A stretch of 64,000 nt of DNA from the human T2T-CHM13v2.0 reference genome, Homo sapiens (GCF_009914755.1 NC_060927.1); one strand, 5' to 3'. Numbered from the stretch's first letter, positions 14,191-30,106 are shown. Notes: a model not told the origin generated them from the letters alone. A program made the numbers and translations.

Positions 14191-14387
14191 GCACCCTGGC
14201 TTGTGAGGTCCAGATTTAGATACATTCATATTTCAGGTATCAGAACTTCTAAAAACCTGATGACGAAAGAAAGTGTTTGAGGACTTTCCTTTTGATTCTT
14301 ATTATTAAAGAAAAGATAAATGCAATTCTCCAATTATATGGAAGATATGAGAAAACAAATCAAAGTGAATTAAAACACATTTTCCCA

Positions 14388-14716
14388 GGCCAGGCATGGG
14401 GGCTTCCACCTGTAATCCCAGCACTTTGGGAGGCTGAGGCTGGCGGATCACTTCAGGCCAGGAGTTCAAGACCAGCCTGGCCAATATGGCGAAAACCTGT
14501 TTCTACTAAATATTTTTAAAAAATAATAATAATTAGCTGGGCTTGGTGGCACATGCCTGTAATCCCAGCTACTAGGGAAGTGGAGGCACGAGAATCACTT
14601 GAACCCGGGAGGTGACGTTGCAGTGAGCCAAGATCGTGCTACTTGCACTCCAGCCTGGGCGACAGAACCACACTCTGTCTCAAAACAAAACAGAACAAAA
14701 ACAAACACAAACAAAA
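14388..14716 (+). mobile_element. Alu (S-type)
   Basis: Full dimer; TSD aacacattttccc. Confidence 0.95.
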
Positions 14717-15702
14717 ATTCCAACACATTTTCCCTATTTTAACACCTCTATATCCTCTCCCAAAGAGCAAAAGAATAAAGAAAAAGAAGAAGAAAAGTCC
14801 TTTATTTGTTTCTACTTTTTGAAATTACCTTTTCCAATTTTTAAATTCCTGGTTTGAAGAATGTAAGAAAAAGAAACGACAAAAACTTCTTCTGAAGCCG
14901 AGGAGGAAGCCACTGCGCTCAGCAGGCCTGGAACTGATGGGGGCCAATCTGTCCGGGTCTGGGCTGGAGTGTGGGAGAATCCTCTTTGCAGGGAGGACAC
15001 GGGAACGCTTTCAGCGTTCTGGGATAAAAGACTTCAGAAGAAAGGCGCCTCTCAATGAATGGTGCTCAAAATGGGCTGGAAAACAGGGGAAACGGGCCCT
15101 CTCAATGAAAAGCCGAAAAAGTGCCTTTTTTGTTGCTTCCCTCACTGTGAGGCACTGCTCTTCCCCCATCATCCTCCCTGACCCCTTCCCCAGCTCATCT
15201 CATTGGGTCCAGAGAAAAGGCCTCTTGTTGTAACCCCATCTGCCTGCCACTCATCCACATTCTTTTATCTCTGCCCAGGGCCTGGCAGTTGGGCTGAGGT
15301 TTCAGCTGCCAAAAATTTTGGGTTTCACATAGAATATTCCCAAGATGGGCATCTGAGAAATGTCAGTTTACATCAAAATTGCCTTGTCCAACGAATAGCC
15401 AGAAAGCTTTCTTTCCCTAGCAAGGTCGGGAAATAATTCTCCTTCCAAGATCATGCCAGTACAAACTCAGATCCACTCTCTGCAAGGCCTGACTTAAAGG
15501 GACAGGAAACCACCTTGGTTTTACACTAAAAAAAAGGATTGAAATTTAAAGTTGGATTGAAGATGGAAAATTAGTCATGTTTCCTTTTTTGACGGTGCTT
15601 TGCGCAACAATGAATATCGCACTATAACAAATTCTTGAGAACAGGAGCTGTAGACAAGGTCACAGAGGAAAGTTTTGGGGATGTTAAAAAAATCACCAAT
15701 CC

Positions 15703-16018
15703 GGCCGGGTGCGGTGGCTCACGCCTGTAATCCCAGCACTTTGGGAGGCCGAGGCGGGCGGATCACGAGGTCAGAAGATCGAGACCATCCTGGCTAACAC
15801 GGCGAAACCCCCGTCTCTACTAAAAATACAAAAAATTAGCCGGGCGCGGTGGCGGGCGCCTATAGTCCCACCTACTCGGGAGGCTGAGGCAGGAGAATGG
15901 CGTGAACCCAGGAGGCGGAGCTTGCAGTGAGCCCAGATAGCGCCACTGCAGTCCGGCCTGGGAGAAAGAGCGAGACTCCGTCTGAAAAACAAAAACAAAA
16001 ACAAATACAAAACAAAAC
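15703..16018 (+). mobile_element. AluY-family element (CpG-rich, young)
   Basis: Y diagnostics 'gatcgagaccatcctggctaacacg' and 'gaatggcgtgaaccc'; 15-bp TSD aaaaatcaccaatcc at a TT/AAAA site. Confidence 0.96.
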
Positions 16019-17926
16019 AAAAATCACCAATCCATAACAACTTGTGTAGTTGGCAAAATCAAATGGATGGTGGGGTGAGGATGAAGATAAAAGGATAAAG
16101 AAGAGAAAGCAGAATTTCTTAGAGACATTTTACTGATCCATAGGAAGTTCTGTAACAAAGGGAGCAGAGCATTCTTTGAAGTGGAAGATTGGGCCACTCG
16201 ACTGAGTTGGTTAGAATGTACAGGAGGGAAACTGCGAGAAAGTCTGGTTTTCTAACCCTGCAGGGAATCTCTGCTCATAATGATCATTTCAAGCATTGGT
16301 ACATTCATCCCAAAGATAACACTAGATTCTAACTGCTATGCAGAGGAAAATTCAAGCATAAGGATGGGTGGAGGGGTGTCCAGACAGAAGACTGACAGGC
16401 TTTTTAGCCCCAGGTCTGAATAGGAGCAAGTCAGCAGAAGCAATAAAGGATAGAAACCCTGTTTTCTACTCACCCCCTTCCAGGGTTGTCCTTTGTTAGG
16501 CTGATTGTTATGAGAGTGGAAGTGGGAGGTGGCAGGGTAGGAGTTGGGAGAGGTGGGGTTGGGATGTGGGAAGGTAGGGGGCTGCCAGAGGGTTTGGGGT
16601 TGGGGTAGAGTTTGGCCCATAGATTCCCACAGGTGGTGAAGGCCTGGCAGCCTCTCTCCATCCCTTACCCACCTCACCCCCCCTTTTTTTCCTCTCCCTG
16701 TGGAGAATAAGCAAGTATCTTCTGGTCAGCTTATTTTCCCTTTCAGCAGTAGCTCTAACCCCGGAGGCAGAGAGGTCTTTCTAAAGTAAAAATGAGAACC
16801 TAACAGTCTAGCTGAAGATCCTGCAATGCTGCCCATCATCCCAAGGTAACCTACATTCCTCCCCATGGCCCAAATGTGGGGTGACTCTTGAAACGATCAA
16901 CCAAAGGACTTTTTTAAAATTTTTTTTAAAATTACTTTATTGAAGTATGGTTAAAGGACATATTTGAAAGTGAAGATGGGTGCAGGGAAATCATGCTAGG
17001 GCAACATCACTGACCCAAAAGGCCCTTGGAGACCTGGCCCCTGCCTCTCTCCTCAGCCTCTTCTGATCTCCCACTTTCCTCTGCTCTCTCTGTGGCTTTG
17101 ATGCTGGATTCCTTTTGTCTCTCGTGCCCTGTCCCACTTCAGGGCCTTCACGCACTCCAGTCTCTCTGCCTGGCTTACTCCCCTTTATCCATCTCTCCTG
17201 GCTACTGTCTGTGGGTCTCTCCTAGAGTCCCTGCTCTATCTGGGGAAGCCCTCTGTGTTGTGTTTTGTTTATTTTATTTTATTTTGCTAACAGAAAGAAA
17301 GCAGGGACCAGATTTTAATATCAGACAAAAATGAATGGAAGGCCTAAAGCACACAGGCTATGGCCTGCTGTGAGAATGTCTTTGCCTCCACTGCATCTTC
17401 ACCAACTTGTTCTTGTTCTTCCTATCTCTTCCCTAAGTCTTTCCAACTCATCTGCTCTTATCATTTCTCCAGGATCCAAATGCCTAAAGGGAGCATCCTC
17501 TTTAAATCCCCAGCCAGGCCCAGTCAGCCTTCGTCTGGGGTTTCCTTCTGCTTCCTGGCTTATACCTTTTTAGGAGGGCTGAGACTTCTTTCTGCCTCCT
17601 GGGGGACACCTTTCCAAGGATGGACTCCCTCAGCCTTTGGCATGTTCTGTGGATTTTCTTCATTTTCTTCACAAGTCTTGTGCATTTTGAGTATTTTTTA
17701 TTATTTCCTTTTTAGAATAAATTGATCTTGAAAGGATCCAGGTCACTTTTATCCTTCCCCAGCAATAGGGAGTGGCTACAGGGAAATAGGCCCTGGACCA
17801 TAAACCCTGTGTGTTTTATGGTCTCAAGGACCAGGGGTGATAGTCCAAAGATGCAGTCACTGCTGCGTAATATGAACAAATAAATGAATGAGCAAATGGA
17901 TGAATGAAAGAGCAATAATTTCCCTT

Positions 17927-18275
17927 TGGCTTGGTCAGCTTGGGCTGCCATATAGGCTGTGTGGCTTAAGCAACAGACATTTTTTCTCTCATAGTTCTAA
18001 AGACTGGAGTCTGAGATCCAGCACCAGCATAGTTGGATTCTGGTGAGGGCCGTCTTGATATATCCTCACATGACAAAGAGAAAGAGAGAGGAAGGAGAGG
18101 GAATATCTCTGGTGTCTCTTCTTGTAAGGGCACTAATTCCATCACAAGGGCCCAATCCTCCTGACCTCATCTGAACCCAATTACCTCCCAAAGGCCCTAT
18201 CTCCAAATACTGTCATACTTGGGGCTAGGGCTTCAATGTATGAAGTTTTGGGAGGACACAATTCTGTCTAGAGCA
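17927..18275 (-). mobile_element. MaLR solo LTR (MLT1A/MST-like)
   Basis: 'gggctgccata...ggcttaagcaacagacattt...cccaattacctcccaaaggccc...ggaggacacaattc'. Confidence 0.8.
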
Positions 18276-18444
18276 CCCTTTAATTCTAAATAAATGAAAC
18301 AATATGTGGAACAAATCTGCTTACTGAGTAATATATTGCAGCATAAATTGTTCATCAGGTCATTCCCATAATTTCCAAATTACTTTTTAAAACTATTTTA
18401 AAATTTCCATATATTTTAAAACTGTTTAAAACTACCTTGAAAAC

Positions 18445-18756
18445 TATTTATTTATTTATTTATTTATTTATTTTTGAGACGGAGTCTTGCTCTGTCACCC
18501 AGGCTGGAGTGCAGTGGCGTGATCTCGGCTCATTGCAACTTCCGCCTCCCAGGTTCAAGCAATTCTCTGCTTCAGCCTCCCCAGTAGCTGAGATTACAGG
18601 TGCCTACCACCATGCCCGGCTAATATTTTGTATTTTTACTAGAAACGGGGTTTCACCATCTTGGCTAGGTTGGTCTTGAACCCCTGACCTCAGGTGATCC
18701 ACCCATCTCGGCCTCTCAAAGTGCTGGGATTACAGGCATGAGCCACCGTGCCCAGC
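18445..18756 (-). mobile_element. Alu (S-type) with (TTTA)n tail
   Basis: Full dimer; TSD aaaactatttattt. Confidence 0.95.
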
Positions 18757-18759
18757 AAA

Positions 18760-19397
<638 letters not shown>

Positions 19398-19531
19398 TGA
19401 TTCCATGTCTTTGCTATTGTGAATAGTGCTGCAATAAACATATGTGTGGGTGTGTCTTTACGGTAGAACTATTTAGTAACTTTTTTCTTTTAAACATGTA
19501 TCAGCATGTGCCTTTATGATAGAACTATTTA

Positions 19532-19915
<384 letters not shown>

Positions 19916-20877
19916 AAAGTGGTGTTCAATTTCTGTCCTTTAATCTCCTTGCAGTCAGGGCCCTTCCTGTACTTGTCCTTTCTCCAGCACCTAGCTCAGT
20001 GCCAGCACAGAGTAGGCACTCAAAGCACTTTTGCTGGATGAAGGAGTAAGTGGGATCCTGTTTTGTGGATGGCTTGTTGGACCTAAACTGATTTCTCTTA
20101 AGAAGAAACTATTCATTCCTTTCCTAAATGATGCCTTTCCCCTCAGGTTCTAATGGATTTTTTTTTTTAATCAAGGAAGAAGGGAATGAATGTGCTAGCA
20201 GCTGCTAGTCTAAGCAGCCGCTAGCCTAAGCAGCCTGATTATGGTGTTCACAGTGTCTCCTCCCCCCTTACTATTTTGAAGTAAGCACAGGAAATTACAT
20301 AAATTGGCAATAAGAGTCCAGCAGTTGGGATCGGGGAGGTATGCATATTTGCATATCCAGTTTTCTGGTCCCCTACCAAGAGAACACATGGAGCTTTGAC
20401 CTTCCATATGTTTTTAATGCGTGTTGGAGATAAGTGTTCCAACAAGTTGGAAGCAACAGGTTGAGTTTTCTGCATCCCACCTTCTTCCATCTGAAGCTGC
20501 TTCAAGCAGGCTGTGCATGTGTGGGAGAGACAAAACAACCTCCCATGGCACTAGGCCTTCTCAGAATGTTGTGGACTCCTACCCTCTTGAATTGTTTAAT
20601 CTGGAAATCTTCCCTGACTTGCAGGGCTGGATTAGGTACAACCTCTTGCCCCTAGCACCCTGTGTTTATCTTGCAAGGCACAGACGATGCTGTCCTGGAA
20701 TTGACTGTGTTCTGGTCTGTCACCCACATTAGACTGTAAACCTGGGAAGATTAGGGCCCTGTCTTTCTTCTCTACCTTGTTCCCGGTGCCTGGCATCATG
20801 CCTGACCCAGAGTTGGGGCTGAGGACGTATTTGTTAGATGAATGAAGACATGACTAGAAGGGAAATAAGAGCATTAA

Positions 20878-21490
<613 letters not shown>

Positions 21491-21713
21491 TTAATAATAA
21501 ATAGAGAAATTATGCTCAAATTACATTCCCTTCAACACTGAAATCTGCATCGCATAATTTAAAAAAAATGGCAACATCACCGCTTATGATGTAAAATTAG
21601 CATTATTAATTTAAATGTGATTTAAAGAGCACAGGAATCTGTAACTTTGACTTTGTGATAGATGACTATGCTGGGCTTTTCATCCACGTGAATTCCATAT
21701 TTAAAAGGCAAGT

Positions 21714-22085
<372 letters not shown>

Positions 22086-22599
22086 TTACCACTTACTGCC
22101 CAGGAGACCTTGGGCAAGTTACTTGCTTACTTAGGGTATCAGAATCTTCATCTATAAGATGAGCATAGTAAAAGACTCTTTTCAGTTGCTAGAAGAAACA
22201 GGAAAAACAAACAAGTATCCCTTCCTAGCCAAAGACAAATTGGATCTTGAGACTAAAAACATTAAGTTTGTCTAGCAAGGAATATAGTGTTTTCTGAAGC
22301 TATTCAGCTCCTGAGTTTAGATAATGAGAATTATTTTGGAAAATTCATCTCAACTTACTGGGTTACTCAGTGTGGATAGTAAGAATTTGGAAACAGGGAT
22401 GTTTACATAAGTAAAATGACTTTTTTTTTTTAACAGAGTAGATGCTCAATAAATGATAGATATAACAGAAAAACTGAATGCCAGAGAATAATGTATGCAT
22501 AAAATAGATGGATAAATTATACAGGGAAGATCTTCATTACCTGAGAATTTGTTATTTGAGAGCCTATAGGTACCCAGTTGTGGAGGGAAGCTAAGATTA

Positions 22600-23100
22600 C
22601 AGTAACACAGGAAATATTCACCAATGATATGATCACCAAAAATTGGTTCCTACTCAAATTCTTCCTGGCTCAGCATCTTTTTTGCTCATTATGTTACAGT
22701 TTTAGTTGTTTCTCCTCTCTTGTTGCCCATTGGATGTCCACCGAGCAAACAGGCAAACCCAATAAAAAGCTTCTTGAAAGTGAACAGCAAATCTTACAAA
22801 TGCACAAGATTTCCTAAAGTCGATGAAAAGATGTTAGAGAATTACGCAGAGTTACGTAGAAACAGGGTTCTAGCAGAAGAGCAGCTTACAACTGAAGAAG
22901 AGAAAATCCAGAAGGATGATGTTATAATGGCTTCAAAAGATAATTATTTGACTATCCAAGGATTGACAGAGACCTTGAGAAAAGCAATAAGGCCCTCAAA
23001 TAGTTTTTCACAATTGGTTCTCTTTTGATAAAACTACAGGTGTCAATAGGAAGGGATTATGTTATATTATGTTATCATGATTGTAAACACACAAAATGTT
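22600..23100 (+). mobile_element. Probable ancient Tigger (pogo-like) transposase C-terminal fossil
   Basis: ORF 22720-23028 segment 'FPKVDEKMLENYAEL..LAEEQLTTEEE..DD..LTIQGLTETLRK' resembles the acidic C-terminal tail of Tigger transposases (recalled, not aligned). Confidence 0.45.
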
Positions 23101-23188
23101 ATCATATATTTTGTCAGACATATTATGTTAAAACTACATGATTCTTGCTTCTCCTAACAATTGGTATAAATTACATTATAATCTAAAT

Positions 23189-23405
23189 AAGCAGTTAGCA
23201 AACTACAGCTTGAGGGCCAAATCTGGCCACCATCTGCTTTTATAAATAAATCTTTATTGGAACACAGCTATGCCCATTCGTTTACTTATTATTTGAGGCT
23301 GCTTATATACCACAATGACAGACTTGAGTAGTTGCAGCAGAGGCCTCATGGCCCACAAAGTGAAAAATATTTGCTATCTGGCCCTTCCAGAAAAAGTTTG
23401 GTGAC
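23189..23405. mobile_element. MER58A
   Basis: 'gcaaactacagc...gggccaaatctggcc...tttattggaacacagc...aaaatatttgctatctggccct'. Confidence 0.88.
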
Positions 23406-23699
23406 AGTTATTCTATCTAGCCCTTCCAGTAAAGTTTGCTGAAAATTGACCTAAGATTCTTTTTTTAAATAAGCTTTTTCTATTTTTACTTTTATTTTAA
23501 AAGATACAGTTCTAATAAAAATAATTCCTTCCACTTTTACATTGACGTTTTAATTTCCATTTTAAGTGGATTTATTTTAGGTGGATACCTTTATTTTACC
23601 ACTCCCCAAATTATGTTTAGCTGATGAGGCCTCCTTATAATTGAGGACAAAACATGACTATTCATAATGATAAATTATTGCTGACCCCCAATTTAGAAG

Positions 23700-23930
23700 T
23701 GCAAGACTTTCAAATCAGACTGACTATGTTTGAATCCTGATACTGCTTGCTACTTACTAGCTGGGAGTATCCATGCATGGCATCTAATCTTTCTGGATCT
23801 CAGTTTTCTCCTCCCTCATGTGGGGATAGTAGCATGAACTCTGTTCAGTTAGTGAACTAAAACAAGATAATGAAGGTCAGGCTCTTACCCCAATCCCTGG
23901 CACACCGTATACACACTCAGTGGCAGCTGT
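23700..23930 (+). mobile_element. MIR
   Basis: 'tcagactgactatgtttgaatcctg...acttactagctg...ctcagttttctc'. Confidence 0.65.
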
Positions 23931-24484
23931 TGTCATGTCTATCTGCCTGGAGTGGTTTGGAATTGCCATTTACACACCCTGGGATCTGAGTGCTGTGTTT
24001 CTCCAGGCTTTTTGTGAATTGTTTGATGTAAGGCAACACTACAGTTTGGAAGGCACTGCTGGGAGTGGAGGCAAATCCTTCACCAAATCAACTAGTCCAC
24101 TTTGTTTAAAAAAGTAAAGGACCAGTTCAGAATTTATCTTCACGTTTAAAGATGTTTCCTTTAGTCAGTGCATGTCAGAAATTGCTGCAGCAGCAGCAGC
24201 GGGGAGGAAGCCTCTCACAACAATCCGACTCCAGCAGGGAGAGTCAGCCCAACACGTCTTGCATCTAAATATTCCCAGATGCTGTAACTGCAAGAGGGAG
24301 GCATTTTGTTTTTAGGAGAAGTGGACAAAAATGACAGCCACAAGGCAGTGATGGTAATGAGGGTGGTAGCCAGCAGGCCAGGGGAGAGCAAGGTGATTTC
24401 CTGGCTGGGTCACGCTGAGGAACAATACAGGCTTTATTCCTCCCGGCCTTGTCCTGGTTTGCAAAATACTTGCAGGAGCAGCCC

Positions 24485-25042
24485 CCGTTAAGCTTCCAAG
24501 TTGCTCCCCAATGATCCCATCTTTTTGTATTTATGCCTTTGTGTATGCCCTGTCCCTGAGTATGGGCTGGTCCTAGCAACTTGCTTCTAACCAACAGAAA
24601 TGGTAAAGGTGATAAGATATGATTTCTCTAACTAGGTTATAAAAATCTTTAACCTCCATCTTGCTAGCAGACACTCTCTATTGCCTTCTCAGCTTGCACA
24701 TTTTATGAAACAAATTGCTATGTGGGAGACAACCACATGCCAAGGAACTGAGGGTGGCTGTGGGCCAATAGCCAACAAGGAACTGAGGGCCTCAATGAAC
24801 TGGATCCTACCAACTGTCATGTGAGTGAGTACAGAAGAAGATCCTTCCCCAGTGGAGCCTTCAGGTGAAACCCCAGTCCTGACTGACATCTTGATTATAG
24901 CCTGTGAGAGACCATGGAGCAGAGGACCCAGCTAAGCTGTGCCCAGAGTCCTGACCCACAGAAACTGACCTAATAAATGTGTGTTGTTTTAAGCCACTAA
25001 GTTTTGGGATAAGTTGTTGTGCAGCAATAGAGAGCTAATATA
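24485..25042 (+). mobile_element. MaLR solo LTR (MLT1E/D-like)
   Basis: 'gccaaggaactgaggg...cccagctaagctgtgcccagagtcctgacccacagaaactg...ttttaagccactaagttttggg'. Confidence 0.85.
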
Positions 25043-25454
25043 GATTTCTCCCTTAAAATTAAAAAGCAGACAAAAGACCTACATTTCTGCTGAGGGTTGA
25101 TGGGTGGACTGTCACTTATTTGGGTTTATTTCAGTCATTCTTCATCTAACATGGCGTGGTATTAAGAACAGCACACTGCCGACAATGCTGATAGATTCAT
25201 TTGGCTAAGCCACACCTCTGATATCACCCTTCCCCAATTTAAAAACTTTCATTGGTTCCCACTGACTGAATGAAAGAAGCTCAACTTTTTTGCCCTCTAT
25301 AAACTGTTAAAATGATCATCCTAAAATATCAGTTAGCCTGTTACTCTTGTGCTTATAAAAGTCTGTTCAATTCTGGCTGCCAACTAGGTTAAATCTGTGT
25401 TCCACAACATCAAGTCCTGCCATGACCTGGCCCCTCATACCTTTCTGTCTTACA

Positions 25455-25771
25455 TTTTTCTTTTTCTTTTCTTTTCTTTTTCTTTTTTTTTTTGAGACAA
25501 GGTCTTGCTCTGTCGCTCAGGCTACAGTGTAGTGGCATGATCATGGCTCACTGCAACCTCAAACTCCTGGGCTCAAGCGATACTCTCATCTCAGCCTCCT
25601 GAGTGGCTGAGGCCACAGGTATATGCCACTATATCTGGCTAAGTTTTAAAATATTTTGTAGAGATGGGGTCTTGTTATGTTGCCCAGGGGTCTTGAATTC
25701 CTAGGCTCAAATCCTCCTGCCTTGGCCTCCAAAAGTGCTGAGATTACAGGCATGATCCACTGTGCCTGGCC
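25455..25771 (-). mobile_element. Alu (J-type)
   Basis: Full dimer. Confidence 0.93.
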
Positions 25772-26416
25772 TCTGCTTCATGCTTAGTGTCTCAGCAACA
25801 CAGGACAGCTTGTCATATGCTCCCCAACACACATATTGTGCCATCTCCTGCCCTCCCCACTTCCCATCTTTACGACATCTTTCCCTTTGCCTCAACTGCT
25901 ATTCTATTCTTTTCATTCTCCATATTCCCTTCTCTGGAAAATTCATTCTTAAAGTTCAGCTCTGATCATCTGAGTAATAATTAGAAAACATACTCATCTG
26001 CTTGGATCTGCATAGACTGTCTCCAGAAGAATCCAGAACAACTCGGTGACATTGGTTATCTCTGGGGAGGGAGTATTGAGTAGGCCTGAGGGATACACTT
26101 TAAGAGAGGGAAACTTTACTGTAAACCATTTTGTGCCTGTTAAATTTTGTAGCATATGAATATATTTATCTGTTCAATTAAATATTAAATGAAGCATTTA
26201 TAATGAAGGAAAAAGTTAATTTCTAAATTTACCTTTGCTGGGAAGCCTTCCCTGACTTTCTCTTACCGAGTTGATTGTGTGAAGTCCTGTTCATGTATCT
26301 GTCACCCCCTCCAGTCTCTACTGTCCTAGAATTCAGGGATTGCTCCTTATTCCTCCCTTATCCTTGTCCCTAGTGGTCTAGCACAGTGCCTGCTACTTCA
26401 TAAGCCCTCAAAATAG

Positions 26417-27505
<1,089 letters not shown>

Positions 27506-27719
27506 TGATTTATATCATAATTATACCTATTTACTATTCTGCTCATTAAGATACAAACTTGGACTCAAACTCTGTGTTGAATCCAGTCAAAGTCACTATC
27601 CTGGCAAAAGAAGCTGCCCACCCCTCCTGAGAACCTCCGAATGCCACCACACAGAGCATCTTCCCATTCCCAGAGCCATTCGCATCCTTTCCTGCTTCAG
27701 CTTTGAGCTTGCGGTCTGT

Positions 27720-28240
27720 CTCCGCCTGAACTCAGCTCTCTCAGGATGGTTTTTTCTTGTCCTCCTAGTCACACCCCAACTCCCCAACCTAGAGAGGCAT
27801 TCCCTGACCCCCTTACCTATTTAGGTACTGGTGCTAGTTTCTGTTCTGACACCTGTGTATCCCTGCATGACACATACTACAAGCTGTAATTATTTTTATT
27901 TATCTGTTTGGCTCTCTCTCTCTTACTAGACCGTGAGTTCCTTGAAGGCAGGAACGTTATCTATCTAGTTTCCTACTGTATTTGCAGTGTCTTTTTTTTT
28001 TTTTTTTTTTTTTTTTTTGAGACAGGGTCTTGCTCTGTCACCCAAACTGTAGTGCAGTGGTGCCATCACAGCTCTTGATTTGCAGTGTCTCTCACAGTGT
28101 CTGTCACAAAGAGGGTAAATACTATAGGAAATACAATTTACTGACTAAACAGATGACAGACTGACTAAATCTTTGTCTCCATCAGAGTGACTAGCTGAGT
28201 GTCTAACAGGCACTCAACACTATTTGTTGAATGAATGAAT
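27720..28240 (+). mobile_element. L2 3' fragment
   Basis: 'actagaccgtgagttccttgaaggcagg...ggcactcaacactatttgttgaatgaatgaat'. Confidence 0.7.
27992..28074 (-). mobile_element. Severely 5'-truncated Alu
   Basis: T27 plus about 56 nt of Alu 3' end; 13-bp TSD atttgcagtgtct at 27980-27992 and 28078-28090. Confidence 0.9.
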
Positions 28241-28423
28241 AATGTAAGAGGGGACACTTAATCATGACAATACTGATAAATGAAAGTAACTCATTGCAGA
28301 GTTCTCTCCACCCTTTAATATCAAGCTCATGGAAAAGAATAGCCTCCTTCAGCTCCATTTAAATTATTCAGGACAAAGGAAAGGAAGTAGGCTCTCAAGG
28401 GAGATGCTAGAATATCCTCTGAT

Positions 28424-28495
28424 TGTGTGTGTGTGTCTATGTGTGTGTGTGAGTGTGTGAGACAGAAAGAGAGAGAGCCAGAGAGAGAGAGAGAC

Positions 28496-28528
<33 letters not shown>
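28424..28528. repeat. (TG)n(GA)n compound microsatellite
   Basis: Direct reading. Confidence 0.95.
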
Positions 28529-28533
<5 letters not shown>

Positions 28534-29303
28534 GTATTAGCCTGCAGGTCGGGCTGCTGTCCATGGACTTGGGGAATAAGGGAATGCACTAGTTCTATGG
28601 GGCTTTGCACAAATACGCTGCCAGTGGACTGTGAAATCTGTTTTTCCTTAGAATCAGCAGTTCAGAAGTTGGAATATCTACTTAATGTGTTTTTTAAAGC
28701 AATACTGTTTTGGATTATAAAATTGATGAACGCATTGCAAAGAATTTAAAAACTAAAGAAAATATAAATAAGAAAATAAAAATTACCCTTAATTTCACCG
28801 GGTATTTTGTCTTACCTATACGTATTTTAGATTTTCTTCCTCTCTCCTTCCCTCTCCCTTCCCCTCCCTCCTTTTCTCCCTCCCTCTCTTCCTTCATTCA
28901 TTTCTTCTTTTTTTCCGATACATTTGAGACCTATTTAGCATTATATCCTGAACATTATCTCATAACATTAATTTTTTTCAACAATAACATTTTAAAGAAC
29001 TATATAATATTCCAGAAATTTACTCCAGGAAATTTATTCAATCCCCCATATGAGTTGTTTTCTATTTTTTGGTGTTATCACTCTATAATTAACTAATGCA
29101 CAGTTCTACAGTGGACAGATTTGGTAGTTTTGCCTTTCTTTTAACTAGATTTATAGAAGTAGAATTATTGGCTAAAAATATAAAATTTTACATTATTGTT
29201 TACAGGTATGGCCAAATTAATTCTGTGGGACTGATATAGATCCACAGTCCTAGCCTCATGCCTATTTTACCATAGACTTTCTTCAATATTATTACATTGC
29301 TAT

Positions 29304-30106
29304 TGATACAGAAGGGGGACAGAGAAGTGCTGGGTAGAGGAGGACATGGTCCCTGGCTAGGGCTACACCCGCAAGCCTATGCCCATGGATCTAGGTGAAG
29401 ACAGGCATTTTTGTTTCCCTGCTCAAATGTTTCATTTCTCAAGACCACCCTGGCCTGCCATGCCCCCATCCTGGGCCTATAGAAACCCTGAGACCCTAGC
29501 AGGCAGATACACAGGTGGCTGGACGTTGAGAGGATCAGAAGAGTGGAGGAACAGGGATGGGGGTTGGCTGGATGTTGAGAGGAACACACCAGCGTAGGAG
29601 CACACGGGCACGCCAGCAGGTCATCAACGGGTGGAAGGAGGCAAAGTTTGGCCAGGGCAGTTAGAGGAGAGCCCAGACTGCTGAGTGGCCTGACTCCAGG
29701 GGAAAACCATCTCCCTTCTGGCTCCCCGATCTGGTGAGAGCTACCTCCACTCAATAAAACCTTGCACTCATTCTCCAAGCCCATGTGTGATCCGATTCTT
29801 CTGGTACACCAAGACAAGAACCCTGGGATACAGAAAGCCCTCTGTCCTTGTGATAAGGCAGGGGTCTAATTGAGCTAACTAACACAAACTGCCTATGGAC
29901 AGCTAAACTACAAGAGCTCCCTGTAACACACGCCCTGGGGCTTCAGCTATAAACATTCACCCCTAGACACTGCCGAGGGGTCGGAGACCCACAGCCTGCC
30001 CATCTGTATGCTCCCCTAGAGGTTTGAGCAGGAGGGGCATTGAAGAAGCAAGCCACACCCCCATCACATGCCGTGTGAGGGGGACAAGGGAAACTTTCCA
30101 GTTTCA
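29304..30106 (+). mobile_element. ERV1 solo LTR (LTR1/LTR27/LTR28 group), full length
   Basis: TG...CA termini (tgatacagaagg...ccagtttca), perfect 4-bp TSD ctat/ctat, internal aataaa. Confidence 0.88.

Noticed and set aside
15564-15577. TGGAAAA-TTAGTCA as an NFAT:AP-1 composite
   Set aside because: Spacing is shorter than the canonical composite and the AP-1 half is non-consensus
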